DNA from: Klebsormidium nitens
Taxonomy: Eukaryota; Plantae; Klebsormidiophyceae
Assembly: GCA_000708835.1 (NCBI GenBank)
Contig: DF236983.1
Location: 259,558-323,557 of the forward strand
Direction of reading: 5' to 3'
DNA length: 64,000 nt
Each line of letters starts with the position of its first letter. The stretch's first letter is position 1. The position numbers and the translations under genes are program-made. A model generated the notes under the pieces. The model did not search any database. It saw only the letters and a program-made list of their open reading frames with translations, and was not told where the DNA came from. Positions 22,801 through 33,504 of this stretch are shown in pieces.

Positions 22801-25800
22801 TCGGGGAGGGATCCCTCAAACGGCACCGCGCGTTTGACGGCCGTCGGATCGTCCAGATCGAGGGCGGCGATCAGGTCCCCGGCGCGGACGGCCGAGCCTT
22901 CGGACGTACGGAAGTGGATGACGCCAGCGGCGGGCGTCAGCAGCGGCATGCACATCTTCATGACTTCGACTTCCGCGTAGGCCTGGTCGGCGGACACGTG
23001 GTGCGAGTCGTCGACGAGAAAGCGGAGGAGCTTGAAGGGCGTTTCGGCCACCAGGCGAGACGGGTCGTGATCGTTCTGCAGGAAATGGAACGGAAGGGAC
23101 ACGGGTGAGTGAATGGAAACGGAAGGAGCCGAAAAGGGGAATTGTGAAGAGCAAGCTTTTGGAGCGGGTCCTTAGTGATCAGATGGATGAGGGGCGGCTG
23201 TTTGCAGGATAAGGATGAGAGGGACTCCTAAGAGTGCCTCAACGATCCGACGGGACTGGACGGAAGGAACATGCGACGACCAGAGACGACAATGCTGAGG
23301 ACTAGCTCTTGAAAGCAGCTTCGATGAGAATTCCTTCCGGCTAGCAAATCCAGTACAGCAGGGCTTTTCTTTCACTTTCCTCGTATTATGTATCAAGCCT
23401 GCGCGAAATGTTGACCAATTTTGACGCACTTCGTTTTGCGCGGAAATCTCCTCTGATTCACGGATAGCCATTTGCACAGCTTTCAACTTCAAAAGACGCA
23501 ACCAGAAAGCGTTATGCAATTAACGAGCCCGCATGCAGTCCCACCTGCAGCAGGCACGTCCGGCCGTCGATAAGCAGCCGCGTCCCGTTGGCCTCCTCCT
23601 CCGCGTACACCACGTGGCTGTTCCCGTCGAACTGCATAAGCAGCCCCCCGTCCCGTAGCGTATGCACCTCCCCGTCCACCTGGGACGCGTTTAGCTGGAG
23701 GCGGTAGCTGTGGGGGCCCTTCTTGGTGACGGCGACGTGGTACTTGACGCCCTCGATATTGAGTGACACGTCGAAGTTGACCAGCGAAATCTCCTGCACA
23801 CGTGGCAGCCCGGGGTGGGGTTGGGGACTCGCAAGGGAACGCAAGGAAAAGAAGCTCTAGCAAGGGCTGCAGGAGCCCGGATATGACAATGTTGACTAGC
23901 GGGAGTCTTAGGAGAAAGAGAGTACCTGCGTTCAAAAGTAGCACGGCCTGCGATCTGAAGTTGAAGGAGGGAAAAGACATGACACGTTACGGCAAAAGCG
24001 TGAACGTGAGCTGACGAAGGCTCGACAACATCTGGACGAAGGCTTCCGTGCGAACGTGGCACCGAGCCGGTAAGAACACAAAATGTGTAAATTGTGCATC
24101 ACACTCTACACATGACGACGGCCCGTGAAGTCTAGGCGTGACGTACGCTGGTCGAAGGCAATCGAGCATCAAGGCCGTATAGGTGGCCCGTTGAAACAGA
24201 AACTGATGGTGCGAAATATCAAGTAGGACAGAGTTGGTTTGGTAGCGTCCAAGCATGCAACAGGAAGCAAGCTAAGTCTCCACGATCCCGTACAAGACAT
24301 TTTGCAGACAATGGTCAGAGGTCGGAACCCCTGGCAGGTTGCAAGAACAACCTGACAAAGATACGTATGCAGGGGCATATTACAGCATATGTCGGTCATT
24401 CTACGCTGCTTAGGTGCGAGAGTTCTGGCGGTGTTAATTCAGCGATCGAGCTCACCTTCGGCGGGATCTGCCCCTTTTCCAGGTAGCCGATGAACTCCGA
24501 GACGCGGGCTGCGACGAGCATGGTGCTTCTCTGTGCAACGAGAAGTGGGAAGAGTCAAGCTCCAATAGATAAGAAAAAGACGAACTCGTCGCTCTAATGC
24601 TTCGCTCGGAGGAGGTTTGACTCAGTCTATACCGACAAGCTAACAGATTGAAGTAAGGTGCTTAAGACGAGGCTAAGCATAGACGGCTGCAAAGCAAGCA
24701 GATTCAAACAACATGGCCGACCCAAAGATGGGCTGTCGTCAATGGGCAGGCGAAGAAGCCACTGGCTAGAAGAGGATCGACTCTGGCGCTCACATACAAG
24801 GCGCCTGTTAGGACGGAGATGTGCCACTTCGGACGCTCCACACGGACCCGCATCGCGATGCGGCTGTCCAGCCAGCCTGTGTGGATGCGGTTCTCCTGGT
24901 ACTCTTTGCTCTGCAGGAGGGGAAAATATCGAAAAGCAACCAATGAAAAGGAAGGCACGAAGTGGGCAGTGTCGAAAGGACATCAGCAGAAGCTGCGAGA
25001 GGGGCCTGCATTTACCAGGTACTTGCTGAAAGAGACGCGTTTTTGTTAGCCAAACCTGCCCAAAATTCACCCCAATCAAGACTCGGGTCTTGACCAGTGT
25101 TTCCCCTCGCTGATGAATATTCTATCCACTGGGAGTTCACGACTCAGAAACAGGCTATGAGGACAATTTTGACTCGAATTTTTGCTCGAAAGCAAGTCAC
25201 CCGGAAACTTCAAGATCAGACGGCCCGCATAAGCAAACCCCAACTTTCCAGATGACTAGCATACAAACGCCGACGACATCTAGAGTCCATGCTTCGTATA
25301 CCTGGATTAGATCAACTGCGTAGTCAACGTTTGTCCGGATCTCCCCCCGGATGATGACCTCCTTGAGCGCGAGCACCATGCTCGCGCAAGCAGCTGCGCG
25401 GCTCTCTCCAAACGCAAACAGGTGGCCGAACTGGGAGTCAGAAAACTCGTGGATGCCGCCTCCCGACTGCCATTCAAAAATAGAACGTGATGTCAATGCT
25501 ACTGACTAACTTTCACTTGTTGACTGAACGCTCGTCGATGCCGTCCCCAAGTTGTCAAGTGAACAAAGCGGCTGAGGCGAGGCCTCGCAACCTGCTTACT
25601 TCGAGCCCCGCAACCTTTCTGCTTGTCAACATTCTGTTGAAATGAACTTTTGCGCGTACCTTAACTACAAACCTCAACAGGCAATTATCCTCAACCCCAA
25701 ATCTCGTAGACCTTAGCGTCCAGGTGACGGTCACCTCAATCATCACACACATGACACAATCAAAGGATCTTCCACTCGACGATGCAACCCGGAGTCCGCA

Positions 25801-28800
25801 TGTCTCCGACACTGGCTATGTGCATCAGATACCAACCATAAAAAGGCCCGCCTTTCCGCCTTGCCCATGAGACCCTTGTCAATCCAGTAAAAGCGTCTGT
25901 TTTGATTCGTCAGTTCTTCCATTCAAAAATTCCTCAGTACCGAAAGCTTCCCCTGCACGACAACAGTTCGCCTAGTTGTTCGCCCCACCTTGACCGAGAA
26001 GTAGGCCCAGACGTCTGGCCGCCCCTTAAAGCTGAGCTCCTGGATTCTGCCGCTTGTGGGTTTGAAGCCGTCCTCTGGGTCCTCGCTCGTGACACGGACG
26101 GCTACTACATGGCCACGTGGCTTCACCTTCGGCGTTGTCTCGAAGTCGAACGGCTGCGCCACGCTTGCGACAGCCTGCCACGTGTCGTGATTGCCGCCGC
26201 CCAGCTGACCGAAAAGCCGGCGCACCTCTGCAGAAAATACAGAGCGCTCATATGACAGTATTGAGTCCGGAGGTCCGTCAGAGAGGTTGCATACATGCAA
26301 GGAACGGGGGAGAGACTTTATCGACATTCCGGCTGCAATTCTTTTCCGAAAGCATATGCCAAACACCGAAAGGGTTCGAGCGGTGACAGTTGCTGCCCGA
26401 AAACCCGACCAGTAGCATTGGACGTTTCGAAGCGGCAAGTCCCCTCCTTATTTTCTATCTTCTCAGGACAGAACGTCGCCGCCCCGACTACTGCAACCTC
26501 CTGCCAGCCCGATCAATCGGTCTTTCACACTGACTGACATGCTCCTGCCGGAATCGAACATACAAAATATCAGAACATCTTAGCCAAAAGCCCGATGTTT
26601 TGCCCTCTATAAAGTTCACGAACATACTCATATGTCAAGGACCAGCCAGAGGGCCACGGACGTTCACCAGCAGAAGAAAGCGCGCACCTGGGAGCTTCCA
26701 GAGGGGGATCCCCATGCCCACGTTCAACTGTGCTGACGGCAGGTTGATTCCGGCGATCCATTCCGTCACTGGATGCTCCACTTGCAACCGGGGGTTCAGC
26801 TCGAGAAAGTAGAACGCGCCGTCTGCTTCAGTGTAGAGGTACTCTACCGTTGCGGCCCCGACATAGCCAACGGCACGCGCTAATCGGCAGGCGCCGTCCT
26901 CGAGTTTCCGGACGGTTTCTGCGGACGCAGCAGTGATGGGGCCTTCCTCGATAATCTGAAAAAGGAAGGGGCGGAAGAATCCAATATTGGCATCGTAAGA
27001 ATGCTGCCGTAAGTGGGCCCAGAGGCAAGAATGTCATCATACGTGACCATGCAGGGCCAACACAAGAGTTGGAGGCGCCGAACTTCTGAACGAGCGCTTC
27101 GTCGGTCGTACACTTGCTGACCATTTGGCCGCCTGGTTCAATGTACGTCGACCGTTACAAGCAGTGACCCGTTCATTCAAGCGATCAAGCATAGAAAAGC
27201 TTTCATCGACAATCTTTCACGGCCCCAAGTCCCCTTGGTGGCGTTGCTTCGCGGAACGACCTTGCGAATGCAGCAGATCTTGCTTCCAGATCTCTCTGAC
27301 CTCTCCTGATCTACGACAACAACCCAAGTGAGTCCATCCAGAAAATAATCAAATAACAAATTTGTGTGCCCACCTTTTGGTGGCGCCTCTGCACGGAGCA
27401 GTCCCGCGAGTGCAGCGCGGCGACATTGCCGTGGCCGTCGCAAAGCAGCTGCACCTCCAGGTGGCGGCTCTGCGCGGCCAGCTTCATGATAAACACCGGC
27501 GAGCCGGGGACTTCGCCAACCACCTGCTTGAACAGGCCCGTCACCTCCTCGTCGTTGTGCACCTGGGGGAGGGTGATCTGGGCTTGTGAAAGTGTACAAT
27601 GTTGGGATCACAGGGTTTTGCAAGTCAAAGGTGTGGATTGGCCCAGATGAGTACCTCGCTTGCCGAATGCGTGACAAACCCTGTCCCTGCCCCTGTCCCA
27701 CCCTCGTTGCTCTGCACCTGGGCCGGACCTTTCAAGAAGCGTAGGCTATCTTAAATGTGTCTGATTTGGGGACTGCTAGAAGGACACATCGCGGTCCGAG
27801 GACTTGTTTTGTGCTCCAGAACGGGGCCAAGTCTGCGTACTTCAAGTCGGGAGAGGTGCCAAGGAGGAAACTGATTCTCAAGTCTGGCGGAAAAGGCGAG
27901 AAAGCAGATTGCTCCCAGAAATTCTTCAAGTGCATGGAACCCGCACAAGGCCTAATATAGATTCTTCTACAACCTTGCTCACAGCGCTCTTCCCGTCCCA
28001 CTAGGGAATCCTTTCTGCGCAGGCTCTTCTGTCACTATACCGCCTTAGCGATATGTCGAAGATGCTTTCAAACTTCCGATGGCGTTTGCTCTTAGGAAGT
28101 TCTGAAATAGGTATTCATAAGCTGCTTCAGGTGGGGAGGGCATCGAGAGTTCCTCACTTTCCGGATGCCTTTCCCGCCGCCTCCCCAGGACGCTTTAATC
28201 ATGGCGGGGTAGCCAATCCTTTGGCACACCGTCATTGCCTCCTCAGGAGTCTGCACGCACGCCCGCTGGTAGACAGCCTCCGGGATCGGCTCGCGGCACA
28301 ATTCCATTGGCAGGCGGACCTGCAGCCCAAAAACGTCATTTCGTTGCCACAGAAAGGAATCATAAGGCTGCTCCCGCTGCTTAGGCGTAAGTGCTTCGGG
28401 AGCAGAGTCTGAGTTGGCGGCGAAGCAGCCACTTTACATGATCAATCATTGAACAAGGAGAAATTGTCTCGTTTCGCATCACAAGAAGGCTGTCCTTTCA
28501 GAAGGGACCCCTCCCCGAGTCCTTCTTGACCAATAAAGTCTGAAGATGCATGCGCAGTACTTCTACGGTCCCAACGACCGGAATGTAAGGGGTGACCGTT
28601 GCACCGACGACGAAATGACCTGATCAATATTCCCACGAAATTTCAGTAGGGATTCCGAATCTTCAGAAGCAAGCTCCTTACCTCAGAGCCACTCCACGAA
28701 ACGGTGGGAACCCCCGCCGCCTGCGCAATGATCGTCGACCCAATCTTGTCCCCCAGGAGTGCCATCGCATTGCTGTGGGGCCCCAGGAACACAATCTTGC

Positions 28801-31074
28801 GCGGGGTGCGAGCGAGCGCTTCAGGAAGATCGGGGTTCTCGGAAGCGTGGCCCCAGCCAGGCCAGACTGCGTCCACCCCAGTCCTCTCAGCAACCTGCAC
28901 CAGAGGTGATAATTCTTGGTTGATGTAGACTCTAGATGAAGATAGCTTGCGAGCAGTCTCCGATTGTAGAGTAGAGACGAAACAAATTTGCGAGGGTTAT
29001 CAATCCCGTAGGATACAGATGAGGATCAACTGCGAGCGAAATAGCGGCAAGCGGAGTCAGCTTATGGTACCGGTTGAGAATGCCTCTATCGCTTCCACAT
29101 TGAAGGGAGTTCCATGCTTGTCAGAAGTTTGAACCAGGTTCTGGTCAGCTTAAAACGGGAAACGAAGCAGGCGTGTTTTAAAGCTGATGGGGGGAAGATC
29201 AACGCACGAGATGTCGTTCTGAATGTAGCAGTCCGTGAAAAGAGTCGCAAGCCAACCAACAGATTTAAAGGCACTCAACATGATAACGTCTGGCCTTTGA
29301 TCAAGAGACATGATCCATATTGATTCCCCACAAGGGCGACAGGCAGGGCAACAATGTCGTGATTTTAGTAGGCAACTTCCGCTACACAGTTCCAGGCTTA
29401 TGCACATTAGAGAACTCAAGGGCACATCAGACAGCTTCAGCGCTCTTACAACCTCCGTCAATTTCTTTTAAACGATGCTGTGACTTGGGAATATACAACG
29501 CTGCCGTTTGAGGGGCAACTCATTCAAACAGCCGGCTTATGGAACCTTCAAGTGGTAGGCAATCTGGCCTCGCGGCTTCTCTCGCAGTGCCTCTTCAGGT
29601 TTCTTTCTGTGATTGAAAAATCCGTCACAGCCGATCGCTGCACTGCCTCAATGTAGACTGGAAAGAGAAGTCCGCATACACGATTCTGCGGCCATCAGTC
29701 ACGTCCTCAAAACGTGGGATCTTTGTTCCCCTATGCAGCCCTGCGATGTCTTCCAGCCCCCGTGGCCAGTCCTGCCCCTCCCTCCCGATGAAAGGATTCT
29801 ATAGTCCCCCTCCATGAGGGATTCCAGCGATTGTCGCGCCTTGCCTTTAGATGCCCTCCGATGAGGGGCACGCAGCCTCCACCTCATGCATTCTATGTGT
29901 CAAGGACACCAAGAACAAGTAATCCAGATGTTATCAAAAAGACCCCGCACCTCCAAGATGAGCTGCACGTTGGCGTAGTTGTTGTTGTTGGTCCCCCCCG
30001 GCACCTCCACAAACTGGTCTGCCATGCGGATGTGCTCCGCGTTCACGCGCAGGTCCTCCGGGGTGGCCATCGCCACCAGCAAAATGGCGCGCTCCTCAGA
30101 GAATGTCTCGTACGCCCATGTCCTGCCAATTACGAACAGGTGCAATCTTTTGCAAGGTCACAATTGACGGGCTGATCAAGCACAAGGAGTTGCGGCACCT
30201 CCGTCAGGCTCTGGCACAGTGACGGACACTGGACTCTGTGAAAGTTGCCTTTCTCAGGCACCAAGTGAGTAGGTCAGCCTGACGCGCTGATCAAGACAAG
30301 AAGTTGAGACTTCTCCAACATGATCAGCCACAATGACAAAGACTTATCTTCAGATAAGGATGCCGTCATTTGCAGGCACTGAGTGCGCAGACAAGGAAAA
30401 GGCGCAAGCGTAACAGGACATGTTGGTGCCACCGACTGGTCGTTTCGTAGCATCGTGGCAAATGAAATCGATCAAACACTTTTCCCCGCACTCTGCTCCT
30501 TAGCGGAAGGATAAGCGGCCCTCGTACACCTTCATCGGCGGCCCATGGTTTTGCCACCGAGCAGTCTTCTGAAGAAGATGATGCATTGGTGGTGCTGCCA
30601 CCAACCAATGACTTATTTCATATTGACCATGCTCAAGAAGCTGTCTCACTAAGTAACCACCAAAGTAACATTGTTCAGAGCCAGCGCTCTCTGCCTTCAA
30701 TAAGAGGCCACTCTCGTTTATTTCTCTTCTCGACCAGTCTTACATTGAAAAGCTGGCCCTCACCTAACGCTCCGTATGAACTTCACCGCTGCAATCCCAT
30801 TGTTTGCGATGAGCACACTGTGTATTGGCCGGTCTCCCCCCATTGCACGACAGTACTCTTCAATCTTCTCGCTACAGGGCCCAGTCCTCGCCGCGCCAGG
30901 CGGCATTCTTGCAATATGGGGGCTACTGCGACTCTTCTTCATCGCCGTGGCCGCTGAATGCCCTGCCCCCGGGGGTGTCTGCGTGCCAGCCTCAGCCATG
31001 TTTGATGCGCTGCTACTGTGCGGCAGACCGTTCCCGACGGTCACTCCGAGGGACGACATGCTCCGGAAACCCAT
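10872..31074 (-). CDS. ACC1: Homomeric (multifunctional, eukaryotic-type) acetyl-CoA carboxylase, 26 exons, 2625 aa
   Basis: Exons: 30764-31074, 29951-30122, 28682-28894, 28158-28319, 27374-27562, 26688-26955, 25989-26227, 25302-25466, 24794-24910, 24456-24530, 23545-23793, 22485-23075, 21903-22079, 21306-21506, 20422-20697, 19691-19968, 19052-19289, 17029-18677, 16257-16497, 15522-15759, 14345-14901, 13832-13969, 13124-13456, 12272-12439, 11369-11944, 10872-10928. Total 7878 nt with all phases consistent. BC motifs ([64 protein letters not shown]), biotinylation motif EVMKM at 22953-22961, CT motifs ([44 protein letters not shown]). Confidence 0.97.
12514..12573 (-). repeat. Intronic copy of the first 60 nt of ACC1 exon 24, with its own acceptor
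   Basis: cag|gaccgcaagcggctgctgcgccggtatcccagcaaggtggcgctgcgctttgcggccctg versus exon 12380-12439: 5 substitutions and 2 compensating 1-nt indels. Confidence 0.95.
14551..14630. repeat. In-frame 30-bp tandem repeat (about 3 units) inside ACC1 exon 21
   Basis: c(c/g)gccgtcggat recurs at 14551, 14581 and 14611, encoding [26 protein letters not shown]. Confidence 0.9.
21008..21240 (-). repeat. Two intronic copies of the 3' end of ACC1 exon 14, each with a GT donor
   Basis: Copy A at ~21158-21236 ([24 protein letters not shown]|gtgagc) and copy B at 21008-21076 ([23 protein letters not shown]|gtgccc), versus the exon end 21306-21383 ([26 protein letters not shown]|gtgggc). Confidence 0.93.
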
Positions 31075-31535
31075 TCTATGCTTTCATTCAAATACGGGGG
31101 CGGCCGTGCAAAACGTGAGCCTTAGTGCCCAGTTTGACATAGCGTGATGGAAGGAGAACTCAGGCTTGATGCGCGGATCTAGGCGCCATGATTCAGCGCC
31201 GTCTTCATTCCTTCTTACAGATCTGAGGCGGCAAGTGACGAGACCGTCGGAGAAGAGCCCTCAGGGTATTCGCCCTAGGCGGCTGAGCTCTGACTGACTC
31301 TTGAGTTCGAGTCGGAGACTCGGAGTCGGCCCGGGAGCTGAGGCAAGCTGAGGGCTGCAAGCAGCTTCCGCAGAGCCATCCCGGTCCGGCGGAAAGGCCA
31401 ATCATCAAACGGAACCTGTAGAGACTTTCTTGGGGCCGGTGTGAGCAGTCCACTGAGCTTGATCTGGCGTGATCCGACGGTTAAACTTATAGAAAGCTTG
31501 CCTGCTTGCATCCGGCTCTTTCAAGTTCGTCGATG

Positions 31536-31577
31536 CGGTGTGAGCTTGATCGAACGGTGTGAGCTTGATCGAACGGT
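31536..31577. repeat. 19-bp tandem duplication upstream of ACC1
   Basis: cggtgtgagcttgatcgaa occurs twice, followed by cggt. Confidence 0.9.
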
Positions 31578-32018
31578 TTTAGAGCAATCAAATTGAGGGG
31601 GAGTGCTCACGACCTTTCCGTGCCGCACCATTAGCGGAGGCGCTACTACATCTATTGAAGAGAAGTTTCAGATCAGAGATCAGCGGAATGAGAGAATTTT
31701 GTATTGCTGCAAGCTACAGTACAAGAGACTTGGTCCAAGCACACGTCTAGTACCTACAGCTAAGCTCAAAAGAGCTCTCTCCAAAGGAAGATGTTTCAGG
31801 AGATATCCATTCAACCTCACAACAGAGTGTTGTTCAAAAAGTCTAGGTTGCAGTCTCAGCTGGTGGTCCGCTCAACGCACATTGCAGTTTTGTTCAAGAA
31901 CAGACCTGAGGAGGGTTTAAGGAGCAGTCTTTTGGTGGTCCGCTCAAAGTGTTCATGCTGTGTCCACTGCATTGAGCAGAGAATAAAGGAGAAGAGTGTC
32001 CTAAATCAGTCCAAAACA

Positions 32019-33504
32019 TTTGCCATGCAGGCTCAGGAATTGCCGACATATGTGCCAGCAGGCATCCTCGCAAGCAGCCACGTGTCTGCAGCTCCGACTT
32101 CAACCAGGAGCTGCCAAGTAGCACCTCCACCTCCTGGGCCGCCGCCACTGAGCGTCAAGACAGGAGTTGCTTTCTTGACCAAACCTCCTGTCCACTTCCT
32201 CAGTAGCGTCTCTTCACAGTCAAACTCAAAGGGGATGCGTCACTGCGCTAGCAGTCATCCTTTGCAGCAAGGATTCCAGTCCTCTTGTAATCGCTTACAC
32301 ACACCAAAAACACAAACTTCCAACAAGCGCACAAGCACATCTTCCTTCCGAAGAACGCACCAAGGTCGATGCAGTGGTCCAAAACCCCAGCAACAAGATA
32401 CTTCGAGTGGTCAGCCAATCATTTCAGCAGCGGGGGGCTCGAGCTCCCTCAAGAGCAGACTCCGCAGCGCACCCCCCCATCTGTCCCAGCAGACCCCCAG
32501 GCCAACAGCACAATCCCCAGTTCCATCCCTCCACTCTCTTCCACATCCAGCACAACCTCTGTATATTTGCAACCTGCGGTTCCTACCACTCACACCATGC
32601 AGGCTCCTCTCAGTGATGTACAGAAGGCCGGCAAATCTGGTGGCCAGACATCGAGACCAGAACTTAGATTCTTCTTCTACACGGGCTGGGATTGGGAAGA
32701 GGTCAAAGGCGAGGGGCACACTGCATTCACCGCGGCTTATTGGCTGTGGAAGAGTCATGCGCGGCGGCATCCCCAACTACTGGTGGAGTGCACAGTCAAC
32801 GAGGCAGCGTACGTCCTGGACTGGCATAACATGGTTAGTCGAAGCGCACGTTCCATATGGTTGAACGCGAATCTGAAGAGGAAGGCTTGCTGATTCTGTT
32901 GAATGGAATGAGTAACGCATAAGACTGATTCCAATGGCACCAAATCATTCGAAGCACAATCGACCATCATCATTCATATGCGGACCATGGAGAGCCCTCT
33001 GATGTCAATCTTCTAGTCGGATTACCTGGTCACTTAGTAGCGCTGTTCGTATGTATATAGCAAACTGATTTGGAAAGCAAGGCAAGAGTAAACTTTCCGG
33101 TGGAAATGATGCACGAGATCCAGAAGATCACCATCTCCAGGTGTCTATCTGCTCACCAAGCAATCAGAGTTGTGGGGACGCATCCACCCTAAAATTTTCT
33201 TAGAGAGTCCTACTGAAAATACTGCAAGCGCATTGCTGGTACTCAATCTGGAAGAAATGCATGTGGTGTTACTCCTTCCTTCCAAGCTTCTGAACTCCCT
33301 TTTTGTCCTGCCGCTCAGATGCAGACTCGAAAGGGTTACTCGACCCAAAGGTCCCTTAAATGGCAGGACCTCAGCACCGGGGCTTTCGCGCTTCCCTCAT
33401 TGCCCTACTTACCGCGCGCTCCTCCTCTTCAACCGTCCGCATCCCAAAGTGCCTGCTGCTTCCCTTGTCAGACCCAAGATTTTAGTTCGCCAACTCCATG
33501 TTGA
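32019..33504 (+). other. Hypothetical, probably degenerate gene transcribed divergently from ACC1
   Basis: Low-complexity ORFs plus one globular-looking exon near 32624-32830 (RFFFYTGWDWEEVKGEGHTAFTAAYWLWKSHARRHPQLLVECTVNEAAYVLDWHNM|gttagt). No family recognised. Confidence 0.3.

Noticed and set aside
16996-23108. Long plus-strand ORFs opposite ACC1 exons (e.g. 16996-17625, 22656-23108)
   Set aside because: These are shadow ORFs caused by GC-rich codon usage on the antisense strand, with no motifs.
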